The notes: generated from the sequence alone by a model not told the origin. A stretch of 64,000 nt of DNA from Dimorphilus gyrociliatus (GCA_904063045.1 CAJFCJ010000012.1:930001-994000), one strand, 5' to 3'; numbered from the stretch's first letter, positions 24,201 to 36,012 are shown. A program made the numbers and translations.

Positions 24201-25886
24201 CGGGATTATTTTATTCGACCTGGACTACCAACTACCCCATCTTTTCATCCTACAAAGGATATTTATAAGTTCGATTCAACTACGCGAACTTATAAGCTTA
24301 TCGGTTAGTCAATAGTGTTAAACTACTAATTATTGTTGAAAATCTTTCTTCTCCTATCTTCCTCTTTTCCTCTTCTCATATTCTCTGTATTTTTCTGTAA
24401 GAGAAGTAATTTAATTTATTTATACGAAAGATCTTGAGGCAACATCTTTAAAGGAAAATACACAAGTACAAACGGAAGTTGAAAAGAATAGAGAAATTAC
24501 AACTCCAATCAATAATGCGTCATTGAAAAGAATGGATAATGTTATAAAGGCAATTGGTATTGAAGTAAGTTCTTCTCTGAAAATACGATAATAAGAAGAA
24601 AGAAATTAGCACAGTTTATCAAAACTAACTGTATAATATATTATACAAGTATATAATGTTATTCTTTGATTTCCACAGAATCCACCCTATTTATACGTAC
24701 GAACCAAAAATTCGTCTACTGTTGAGTTTTCCGGTTATACACCCGAATTATTCCATCACTTATCAAGCGTAATACCATTTAAATTCAACATCGTATTAGA
24801 ACAGAAAGGCAGAATGGGTAGGAAATTACGAAATGGTAAATGGTCAGGTTTAATAGGCGATGTTATAAAGGGGGTAAGAACAATTAATTAACTTTCATGT
24901 TAGGAATTCTAGTAAAGCATCTAAATAAAATAATTGATAAAATATGTTTTTTGTCACTGATAATATATCATTTTCAGAAGGCTATCATGACAGCAATTCC
25001 ATTAAAAGTGACGAGGAGGTTGGAGAAGGTTCTAACGGCTACGAAACCAATACTCTTTTCGTCCTTAGCAATTGTTGGATGGGGTGATAGTTCTCTAGAA
25101 TCAATACATCTTTCGGATTTACTTAATAGCAGTAATTTCATAATAATTCATAAATCTTCGGCTCAACAAACTATAAAATATTCAAGGAATCCGCTTCTGA
25201 AACAATTATGGCATGTTATTCAAGAAAATAGATCGTTTATGCTTGTACACTCAATAGAAGAAGCTTTAAATAGATTGAAAAAGGAGAAATTATATTTAAT
25301 AATAGATTCATTGAATGCTTTATATTTAACCAATAATTATCATAATAGAAAATGTGGTTTAAAAGCTAAAGATGAAATTATTGAGAGTATGGAATTTTCT
25401 TACGCAGTTAAAAAGGATTCGAAAGATTTGATAAGGTCGATTAACGATGGCCTAGTTAAGCTGAAGCGAAGCGGCATCATAGATAGATTATTCGATAAAT
25501 ATTTCCCCTTATCTCCCTGCATGCTTAATTCAGCCCTACACTCTCAAAGTTTTATTAAAGATAGAACATCTTTGACATCGCCACAACCAACAACAATAAT
25601 TGAATCATTAACAACAATTCAAAGTAACGTTTCAACTACTAATAAGCAACCTCTTTCAAAAATTTTAAAGGAAAAGGATCAATATTCAAATATAAACAGA
25701 AATCAGCCTTTTACACCTAAAAGTTCTTACCAAACAACTCTGACCGGAAGAGATTTAATATCTAATAATACCAGAGGGAAAGTGAACGTTGTTTACAAAA
25801 AATCTAGAAATAGCGCAATTGTAGTTTTAACCGGATATTGCAGTACTCTCTGTTCGTTTTATATTGTCTATTTTCTACTACACTAA
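21300..25886 (+). CDS. Channel-less protein with two tandem ionotropic-glutamate-receptor-like ligand-binding domains (S1S2 fused), signal peptide and GPI-like tail; 7 exons, ~739 aa
   Basis: Exons 21300-21378, 23053-23114, 23188-23388, 23664-24303, 24431-24564, 24679-24873 and 24978-25886 join in frame (2220 nt). S1 motifs: EPYI..GNQKFYGYHVDIL..WNCVIRELI|KCNISIAPL..YSTP and PPYL..FSGYTPELF..NGKWSGLIGDVI|KAIMTAIPL..ATKP. S2 motifs: FVIESSYAYY..RCD..YAFA..KYW..C and LIIDS..KCG..FSYAVKKDS..INDGLVKLKRSGIIDRLFDKYF..C. No internal TM segment. Confidence 0.88.
22150..22430 (-). mobile_element. Possible degenerate RTE-clade LINE 3' relic in intron 1 of the LBD gene
   Basis: The minus strand reads (with stops) LKRFQMD..SKQIRMFILKGLSIRGKPKWRRF..IRCFD and LTIANRLEY*R. 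This resembles the RT C-terminal pattern PKQILF.EL..G.RSRG.PKKRW and A.DR..WR. Similarity judged by eye only. Confidence 0.3.
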
Positions 25887-26338
25887 TATGAAATTATTAA
25901 ATGTTATATTTTAAAAGGAAAGATATATATTTTCGTGTCGCCATCTATATTTCTTTAAAGAGCTTCTTTTGAGCGTATCATCTTCCTTCTATATACTTTA
26001 GATTTTATTGTTTTTTAAAAAAAAAGACAGAAAAGGAGAATACAAAAATAACGATAAAAACAGAACTTTGACTTATTTATGCTTAACTTTAAACAATAAA
26101 AAAGGGAACAATGGTCTGGTATTGAAATTGTATATATGCAATTTTTCTACTTTATCTTAAACAAAATAGCAAAATTGTCTGTAAAAATACTTGACAAACA
26201 CGCTGTCTTCATTTGTATGAATTAAAAGTATTGTATTACGTATATGTCGTTTGTCTCCGAGGTTTTTATTTAAAGTTTGTCAACACAGAACAAATTCCTT
26301 AGTTTTTCTTAACCAGACGATATTAGGGAAGTGTTAAG

Positions 26339-27448
26339 ATGAAAGGGGAAATTATTTTAATCTTTTGCTTAATATTCTCCCTTCAACTCGATTATATTCA
26401 ATGTCAATGGACTCGGCAAGAATTTATTGTCAAGGAAAGGAGCTTTAGTATGAATTGGAACGAGGCGCAACTTCTGTGCACAAACAGTACCAAAGAAAAG
26501 GGTCTATTGTATAAAGAGAATATGAAAGATTTGGTTAAAATTGAACACGCGATGAAAGATAAAAGGCAAGATAAACTCTGGGTTAATTTTATTACCCAAA
26601 AACCAAGATTTTCAGAGTTTAACAAGGAAAATAAAACTTTTTATTGGGAAAGCGGTATATTTCTCTCTTTATTGATCTTATCGTATTTATTATTATGTTA
26701 CAACATACGCTTTATTGAATATAAACAAGTAAATATAAATACACTTTCTTTTATTCAACATAAGGGCTGTCGTTTGATCAAAAAGTTCGAGTACCCCAAG
26801 AAAAACCGCAATGTGCATCCTTATCATATGGAGGAGGTCGATATAATGTTATTTTTGAGGATTGTAGCGAATTCGTTCAGTTTAAATGTAAGTTTTTAGT
26901 TTTCTCCTTTTAATTTATATTTCTTTTCTACAAGATACAATATATAAATTGAAGGCGTTGTACCGGATATCAATGGTAGGTGTATTAAACTACTTTCTGG
27001 TCAAAGAAGAAGAACTTGGTTAGATGCAAGAGAATTTTGCACCGAACGATTAGGAAGGCTGGTTGAATATAGTACCGAAGAGGAAAGGGTACAGTTAAGA
27101 GAAAACTTAGCAGGATATGGCAAAATTTGGCTTGGTTTAATTAATAGAGTTTGGACAAGAGGCCATTCTACAAATGATCCTGGTGCTATGTGCGGATTAA
27201 TTGACCTTACAAGAAAACAATTAGAAATGAGACCTTGTACTGATAGAATAGGAACAGTTGCTATGTGCAATATAGCTATTAAAAGCAAAGGTTATTGTCT
27301 GAATAACAAATCAAAATAAAAAATAGATGTATCTATATGTATATTTATAAATAAATGAGTAATTAATACTTTTTAAACAGAAAAAAGAAAGAGAAGACCA
27401 GCATCTAAAAAATACAATCCGCATCCAATGAAATGGTGCATATTGTAA
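26339..27448 (+). CDS. Secreted protein with two C-type lectin-like domains, 4 exons
   Basis: Exons 26339-26654, 26765-26887, 26955-27290 and 27381-27448. Signal peptide; MNWNEAQLLC...LWVN..YWESG..QCASL..EDCSE..KC; RTWLDAREFC..GRLVEYSTEEE..IWLGL..CGLI..RPC..AMC. No EPN/QPD/WND sugar-binding motifs. Confidence 0.85.
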
Positions 27449-27922
27449 CCAAAACAAAAACGATTCCGTGATTCAACCTATTATAGAAAAATCAAGTTAG
27501 ATGTAATTTGTATTTGTATTTAGGCGTTCAAATTATTAGTATTAATAAAATATATGGATTAACGAATAAGCGTTTATCTTTTTTTCTATAAAAGGAAAAT
27601 CAATGAAATTATGGATTATAGATCTTTCCCTTTTGAATACAATTAATAAATATCTATTGCTTATTTGAAATCAATCAATAATGATATTAATAATAAAAAC
27701 AAACAATCAATACAAACAATAAATTAGAATTGATAGAAAATTGCATTTAGAGTGGATATTTTTTAAATTCCCTGCTGTAGATTAGTCGCATATTTTTTAA
27801 AAATTGGATGCTACAACATATATTTTGGTTGAAAAATTTAAAAAAAAAACCTTATTGATAAACAAACAAACAAATAAACAAACAATAAATCCTTATAGGA
27901 TTTTCTACAGTAAGAAAATAAG

Positions 27923-29315
27923 ATGCAATCATCTTCTGCGTTTATTACCTTTTGTAATTATCAAATTAATCCAATTTAGAACTACTTGATAAAATAATAC
28001 TGTATATTTTATATTACAGATTTTCTATCTGTTATTAAAGTCCCTTATTACAATTTTCTAAAAGGTATTATGAACAATTCTTTCATGTAGTTATTTATAA
28101 AATTTCTTTCTATTCATTTCATAAATAGCTAAGCCTACTTATATAATCTATTACCATGCTAACGACTGTCTTATTTGGAAAAATAAATCTATAGGCTTAC
28201 ACAGTAATAATTTTAATGAAAACTTTACTGTTGAAGAAGATGGGAATTACTTTGTTAGTTTTAATTTCGGGATATTATCACTGATTAAAGAAAGTATAGA
28301 TTTATGCGAAATTTTCAAAGTAAAGTACTCTTTTGGAATGTCTAATGTGTTTGAAAGAATAGCTTGCTTAAAGAAAAAAATTCGGTTTTCTTTTAATTGG
28401 GGCTCTTACAGATCTCTAGCAGTATCTGGATTTTCTGGTTATATGAGTTTAGAAAGAGGGAAAACTTACTCTCTGGTGCCTTCGAATAATTTCCTACTGT
28501 ATGATGAACCTATATCAAAATTAACTTCATTGTTAATTTTTCGTTACAAAAGTGACATATGGGCGAGGGGTAATCTTGCGCAGTGGAATAACCAAACTCT
28601 TCTAACCGAGTCAATCGGTATTGGAGGTTGGTCTTCACATATACGATTAACAGAGGATGGAATATATTTTCTTAGTACTACAATCTCTTCCAAGAAAGGC
28701 AAAAAGTTTAGAATGGATATCAAGCATTCATCAATTGAAAAAGCTTTTAGCGTACAAAGAACGTCGTCCGACCACTTTGAAGAAACTATTTCTTTCTCAT
28801 ATCTCTTTAAAGGAAAGAGCCGAGACATCCTTACTTTTGATTTAGTCAGTGGTGAATCTGATTTCAATTATGGTAGTAACATTTTTTCGGTTTTTAAACT
28901 AAACGCGTCTAAAGAAAGACCAGTTTTATACGCACAAAGCAAACAATGGATAAAAAATCTTACAAAAAAGGAAACTCTTTCATTTAACTTCTTTCCTATT
29001 AAAATTGGGAATAAATGGAATATAAGTAATTCTACGTATACAATAAAAACACGAGGCTACTATTATATTTCGTTAAATATTGGATCGAAACAATCATATA
29101 AGTTAAAAGTATCAGTTATAAAGAATGATACAATTTTATTTCATGTAATTAAATTTTCTATATCAATAATTGGAGGAGATACTCTCTCTAATTCGGCAAT
29201 AGATCTCCTTTATGAAGGGGATAAAATAAAAGTTGTATCTGAAAAAGGATGTAATTACGATTCTCAAAATTATCCACCAACTTTAATAATCTTTCTAATA
29301 TCTTCTGCTGATTAG
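27923..29315 (+). CDS. Multi-C1q-like secreted protein, paralog 1 of 4
   Basis: Proposed exons 27923-27953, 28020-28064 and 28129-29315. Three repeats: EEDGNYFVSFNFG, TEDGIYFLS, and TRGYYYISLNI..KNDT..LSNSAI.LLYEGDKIKV. The 5' exons are less certain. Confidence 0.75.
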
Positions 29316-29534
29316 AGTCTTCATTAAATTTCTATTTAAATCCTTGAATAGACAGTATTATACTATTGATGCATTAATACAATACAATGTATTTTTTTTA
29401 AAAAGTAAACTTTTTATCTATTACTTAGAAATTGCATCGAATTTCGATAGATTTTGAGGAAAGCAGTAATCCATATCTCCTCTGTCTTTCTATATAAGGA
29501 TTAATTCTAAAATTTCTTTAGTAATCCCGTAAAG

Positions 29535-30930
29535 ATGGAGAGAAAACTTCTACTTTTATCTTTAGTTTGTAAGTCTTTAATAAGAGAAACATATTTTACA
29601 TATTTAAAAGCTTTAACAAAATTGTTCAGTTTTTATAATTGGCGAAAAAGAATGTATTTCGGAGGAAATCGCTACATTTGGCACGTTTGAACCAATATGT
29701 TACAAATTCTCTGATAAACAAACTTTATCTTCCAGAAATATTACATGGACAAACAATACTTCCTTTGACTCTTCTGAGAACCAAACCTTAAATAATGAAA
29801 TTAGAATTCCCAGCGATGATTTTTATTTTATAAGCTTTAATGTTGGATTTGAATTGTTCACTAATGAAGTAGTCGAATTCGTACATTTCATAAGGAAACA
29901 GTATTATACGAAAGAAAATTATTATGATCATAATTATGGCAGATATCGTAAAAGAAATGTAATTAAGACAAAGCTAGTGCCTTCTAGTCTCTTTGCTGTT
30001 TCTATAAATTCTAGTAGAGACAAAGGAATATCCGTAGCAAGCTCTCAAAACTTACTGATGCTAGCTGAAAATCAAACGTACTACATATCACTTAGAAAAG
30101 GAAATTTTAACCATTTCAGTGATAGTTTATCTAAGTTAACATCTATATCGATAATAAAATATCGATCAAATGCATATTTTACTGGTACAATTTCGGGTAG
30201 TTCAAAAGAGAATTTTCTGAAAATAAAGGGTAAGAATTGTTCAAAAATATCATTCTGGTCCTCTCATATTAGATTTACCGAAGATGGATTTTATGTTTTA
30301 AATGTTGTGGTTAATCAGAAAAAAGGTGTTGATTTTCATATGAATATCAACTATGCAGAACATAAACGCTTTTTTCTAAGAAGAACTGAAACTGATTCTG
30401 CAGCTGAAGCAATTTCTATGTCATATATTATAAAACTGAAACAAAGAAATATATTAGAGTTTAATCTAATATCTGGAAATCTAGACCCTTTGAACAATAA
30501 TAACATTTCAATAATGAAACTAAATCCTTCGAAAGTATCCCCACTTTTATATCTAGTTAGTACAAAATCAAAGTTAAACTCTACTGAAAGAAGTAAAGTT
30601 AAGTTTAACTCAAAAGCATATCAAATTGGTAATGAGTGGAATAATGAAACATTTCAATATACAATAAAAGAGACGGGGAAATATTTTGTTTATGTAACAA
30701 TAGAGACAAAAAAATATACCAAAATTGACGTCTCTGTTATGAAAAATGATAAAATCATGTTTGAAGTTTTGAAGTTGTCAAGATCAAAAACTAATGGAGA
30801 TTTTGTATCAAATTCAGCAACGGTTGAGCTGCATTTGGGGGATAAACTAGAAGTTTTTTCAAATGAAAAATCCGACTATGGAGTGTATTATAAGTTAACA
30901 ACCTTTATGGTATATTTCTTATCAAAATAA
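29535..30930 (+). CDS. Multi-C1q-like secreted protein, paralog 2 of 4
   Basis: Exons 29535-29568 (MERKLLLLSLV) and 29630-30930. C-terminal gC1q signature YTIKETGKYFVYV..VMKNDK..SNSATVELHLGDKLEV..TTFMVYFL, plus two upstream degenerate repeats. Confidence 0.85.
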
Positions 30931-31169
30931 AACGATATAATTCGTTTAAAAATGATTCATAGCCATTAAACGTGGTCCGATTTGTTTAGTTGTTCTCTTA
31001 TGCAATCTTTATCAATAAAAATAGCAATAAATTATTAATGCAAAAAATAAACTTAAGGAAACTGATATCTCGCTTTCAGTTCCGTTAAGTGTTAAGTGTT
31101 ATGTTAAGCATAACACATACGTATAAATAGACAATTTCCTTTTTAGTATCATTTAAGCATCGTACAAAG

Positions 31170-32484
31170 ATGATTAACCTAGCAGTAGTTTGTCTTTATG
31201 GTAAGTAAACAGTATATACTAGTAATATTAAAAATTATATAATACCTTTATATTTGAACTTGAATAGGAATCTTCCATCTTTCGTATTGCAATTTAATTG
31301 ATGGGGGAAACAATCAAAATTCATATAAAGCTGAACCTAATCTATATTGTTACGATAACTCGTCAAAATATTACTCTGTTGGTGGTATATCGTGGTCTAA
31401 TAATCATTATTACACTAAAGGACGCTCTTGCCCTTTTACGCTATGTTTGGACAATGGAATTCATTTCATAAGTTTAAACTTTGGAATTAGTTTACGCAAC
31501 TCTGGTGAAATTCACATACCATTTAGCTGTTCCAATGGGAAGGATAGTTCGAATAAAATCGAAAAAATTAATTATAAATATATAGACAAATCAGATCTTT
31601 CTGCTATCAATATAAATTTTTTAATTGCAAGTGAACAAGCACATTATTGTCAAATAGATGTGAAATTCATGAATTTGTACAGTGACAATTTATGTAAAAT
31701 GACGTCTATTTCGTCATTTTCATATCAGTCTCCAGTGTATGGCTTGATTCAAATGAAACATTCTGAATCGGCGGAAAAAATGACTTTTACTGTTTTGAAA
31801 TCATCGACAATTGGCGTTTGGGATTCAAATATAAGAATAGTTGAGGATGGTATTTACCTTTTAACTGTGTCAGCTTTTTCTCAATGGTATACAAAGTTTC
31901 TACTAACTGTAAATAGTAGTAATGGTGATGTTTATACTTTAAGAAATAACTATCGTGATTCACCATCAAATTTAATATCGATGTCATACTTATTGAAATG
32001 TAAAATTAAAGAAACATTATCTTTTAACTTGTTGGAAGGCCAACTTCAACAAACTAGTAGTTTATCTATTTTAAAACTAAGTGTGTCTAAAACAAGACCA
32101 GGTCTCTACGTATCAAGTTCGAGTCATAAAAGCAATGTACAACAGGAAAAGGAGATTTCCTTCGATGTTACTCATATATCAATTGGTAATTCATGGAACA
32201 ATAACACATTTACTTATACTATTGATATACCAGGACGCTATTATGTTTATGTTACAATAGAATCAAGAGAAGGTAGTAAAGTTGATGTGGCTGTTCAAAA
32301 AAATGGAAAAACCATATTCGAAATATTAAAATATTCAGCAAAAACGCACGATGGTCATGTTTTAGCTAATTCAGCAATAGTAAAATTTTCCCAGGGTGAT
32401 TCTTTGAGAATTATCTCTAATGCAATGTCTAGTTATGGAGCTTTAAATAAGTCGACAACTTTATTAGTAATTTTTTTGTCCTAG
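31170..32484 (+). CDS. Multi-C1q-like secreted protein, paralog 3 of 4
   Basis: Exons 31170-31200 and 31268-32484. TYTIDIPGRYYVYV..VQKNGK..LANSAIVKFSQGDSLRI..STTLLVIFL; alignable to its neighbours (SD.L.K.TS motif). Confidence 0.85.
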
Positions 32485-34687
32485 AAAACGATTAAAACTA
32501 ATTCAACCGGAAGTCTATAGATTATTGAACTTTGAGAAAAGAATTTAATTGTCAGAGCATGCTATGTGTTTTGTATTATTATAGAAACAAAATGAAGCAA
32601 TAATACACTACAATACAATATATTAGAGCAAGTAAACTTTTTATACAATTTGTATTTAAGCTATATTTGAATAGTATTTTATATAAAAGGTTATTATAAA
32701 CTGATAAAAGATTGTAAATTTTACATTTTTAATCAATAAGCAAAAAGATTATTCATTTATTTTTTATCATCTTCATCTATTGTCTAAAATATAAAATGTT
32801 GTACTTTTAGCCTAGTCTTATTCCAAGTAGGAATGTACGTTGTTTAGATTTAAGTTTATACAGATTTAAAATTCTATATCTGATAATATACAGCCTTTGT
32901 TTATTTCTTTGGCATTTTGACATTATTTGTTTTGAGAAATTGATGTGACAAGAAAAATTCTAAACCAAATATCATTATTAACTGATTTTATCTTATCCAA
33001 TTGGCCATTGAGAAATAAATTCTTAAAAAAACCATGTCAAAACAATGTAAACTTGTATGTTTAACGATTACAGCAAATTCTTCACTTTTAATTACCATAA
33101 TTGTACTCAAAAAGGAGAAATTAGTGCTTTTACATCCAGGTTACGAAATAAGTTTTTCTTGGAAGTGATTTAAGATAGGAATGATAGGATGTATGTTTTA
33201 CATTAGGTAACGTTTTCGGTTCGCTATTTTATAGAATATAATATATACACGTACTGATAAAAACCTTTTAATATGATACTGCTATACATAAAATGTTGGT
33301 AAAATATATTGCAACTTACAGGCCTAAAAACTAAATTAGAAAGTTAAATAAAGCGACTGACGGACAGAAATAGAGAAGGAAAGGAAGGAAGGGAGAGAAA
33401 AGAAATTCTTTTCATAAAAAATGGGTAAGTAAAAGAAGGACTGAAGAAAACTTTTTTTGATATTGACTGTGAACTGTAAAAGGAAAATGAAAAAGAAATA
33501 CAAGTCTCTTTCTTATTATAGGGAAGAGGTGGGGAGATGTTCATTACAAATATTAACCCTGCAGTAAACAACTGTAATAGATAGTGATATCAATAAATTG
33601 TGCCAATTATAACGTCATTGCTTTTAGTTCAATGCTTTAATCACAATTTTTTAAGTGTCTTTAAGAAAAAGTCAGAAACCTGACGACCTTGAATGCGGAG
33701 AATGGAGTTGGTAGATTATTTCTTTAGACAAAGGGTTTATGCAAGTGAATGAATGTTTTTAGTATGATAATAAAGAAAAAACACTTCAAAAGAAATAGGT
33801 TAAACCTTAAAAGAAAAGAAACTACTTGCGTAAATATTAAAATCCTAATAAAATATAATATAAATTTAAGTAAATATATGTTTTTCTTTTATTTGTAAAG
33901 AGAAAAAGAGGAAAATTTTAATTCTTCTCTATAAATAATAGTTTTTATCATGTTCTATATTATTGAAAAGCTATATGTATACAAGCGAGAGTCATGTGGA
34001 TAAATATAATTAAATTTCTCAAAGCTTCTCTACTCAAATGAATAGAAAGATTCACAAAAATTCCAAGGAATATACCTACGTTTCTAAGTAAATATATTTT
34101 AGGGAAAGGTAATTTTTACGCTATTTATTTAGCAGATTTGATTATATGACTACAATATTGTAACTGTTTACAATAGAAAGTATCATTGACCCAATAAAAA
34201 TCATTCGCATCTTTGTAATAGTAATATTTACACAACATTTGAATGATATCTCTGAATAGATTTTAATAAGTGATTCATACCGGTTGAGTTATTTTTTTGT
34301 AACATCGGAAAGGTTAATTTTTTTTATCATCAAATATACAAACGCTTAGAACGTAATGAAAAATACACTGTCTTGAACATATACGATACTATATAATCAA
34401 AAACTTTATTAACCTCTTCCCATCCTCTAACCAGAATAAAATTTAACAGCTTTTGAATAATTCCTTTTTTATGTTTGCTTAAATTGCACATTTATAAAAA
34501 GATAGTATAAAAAAACCGATATATTTTATCTATTGTGACATTTTTTTTCTAATTATTCAATCTATTCAATCGAATATTATCGCATTTTACATATTTTTGT
34601 AATTTGAAACGCAATTATTTTTATTATGTTTTGGGAAAATTATATAAAATGCAACAAGTTAAATTTTCATTACAAAGAGAGTGAAAA

Positions 34688-36012
34688 ATGAGAAATCTTC
34701 CATTCAATTTTCTTCTTCTTGGTATTTAACTTTTGAACTTGAAATAGGAATCCTTTCTTTTATAATATATATAACAATTTCTCTCCTTTTAGTTTCAGTT
34801 ATTTACTGGCAAAGATGCGAAGGATATTCGCTGGATAGCTATAACACCTTTTACTCTTTTATGAATTCAACGAAAACTTTTTCCCGTGATTTTTCTTGGG
34901 ATTCACTTATTACAACTTCGAAAAGTAGATATGCGAAAACGTCAGCTTATGATAAGTTGTATTTTATGAATGTAAACATCGGGGTTCACTCAAATACCGA
35001 AGGAATGATAAATGTTCATTTACATTCCTCCGAATTAATGGAAGGAGAAAAGATTAGACGTAGAAGGCATTCTTTGTTTTTTAACTCTGTGGGTCAAAAT
35101 GGAATTTCAGTTGTTAACTGGGCTAAACTTATTCGTGATGTTGATTTAGATCATTTCTTTCTGACAGCTGAAGAGAGAATAGATGGAGAGCTGACACAAG
35201 TTTACAGCGATAGTTTATCAAAACTTACAAATATGATCTTATTTAGATATCTTACCAGGCAATATCTTTTTGGAACAATGATAGAAAGCAAGTCGTATCC
35301 GGATAGGGTCGTTTTAGCTATCGATGAAGTATGTGGAATTGGTTACGACAACGAGATGATTCGTATAAGTGAGAGCGGTACTTATTTGATAACATTGACT
35401 TCTTGTACTCTAAAAGGGGACTCCCTTATATTATTGGTGAGAACATCCGCCGGAAACTCTTATTATTTGAAAAGAACAAGGCCAACGAAGGGAATAGAAA
35501 CAGTTACTAGATCTTTTATCATTACTGTAAGGGAAAGAGATTATTTAACGATAGACATACTATCTGGTAGTCTATCAAGTCAATGTAATAGAAATTCTTT
35601 TTCAATTTTTCAACTAAGGGATACCCATCACATATCAGCAGCGAGTACCTTACGTACTGGTATACAAAATACAACTCAATTGATAGGATTCAATGTAAAA
35701 AGCTCTGGTCAAGGAATTCATGCAAATTTCTCAACAAACACGTATCATATTCGTTCAGATGGTTTGTATTATATATATATCAGCATCGGACAACAAGCAA
35801 ATTACAATGTCGATGTTTCCGTCCTCGTGAATGATAAAACTGTCTTCGAAATATTAAGATATTACTCATTCGACACCGGAATTGATGTAATCAGCGGATC
35901 AGCACTTCTCAATCTTCGATATAATGATGTCATAAAAGTGGTAAGTCACAAAAATGCAGATTTTGATTCGACCAGTGGAATGACAAACCTTATAGCGTTT
36001 AAACTAAACTAA
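34688..36012 (+). CDS. Multi-C1q-like secreted protein, paralog 4 of 4
   Basis: Exon 1 34688-34721 (MRNLPFNFLLL, same 34-nt phase-1 exon as paralog 2) is spliced at ~34793 or 34799 into ORF 34681-36012. YHIRSDGLYYIYI..LVNDK..ISGSALLNLRYNDVIKV..TNLIAFKL. Confidence 0.82.

Noticed and set aside
21300-25886. Horizontally acquired bacterial periplasmic amino-acid-binding protein as the origin of the S1S2 protein
   Set aside because: The gene has six GT-AG introns, the iGluR-specific S2 disulfide, iGluR-like GN..F.GY..D and NG.W.G.IG motifs, and host-like AT-rich composition. A eukaryotic iGluR origin is far more likely.
27381-27448. Apparent polybasic plus prenylation tail on the C-type lectin (KRKRR...WCIL*)
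   Set aside because: The Cys is at position -3, not -4, so it is not a CaaX box, and the protein has a signal peptide.
32500-34680. Possible fifth C1q paralog or other gene in the 2.2-kb gap
   Set aside because: No C1q motifs and no consistent spliced ORF on either strand; ORF 33344-33571 is low-complexity Phe/Ser sequence.
34681-34810. ORF-finder N-terminus MKNEKSSIQF... with an internal hydrophobic stretch for C1q paralog 4
   Set aside because: It starts at GTG. A proper ATG exon (34688-34721) matching the paralog 2 exon size and phase explains the region, so the hydrophobic stretch is mostly intron.
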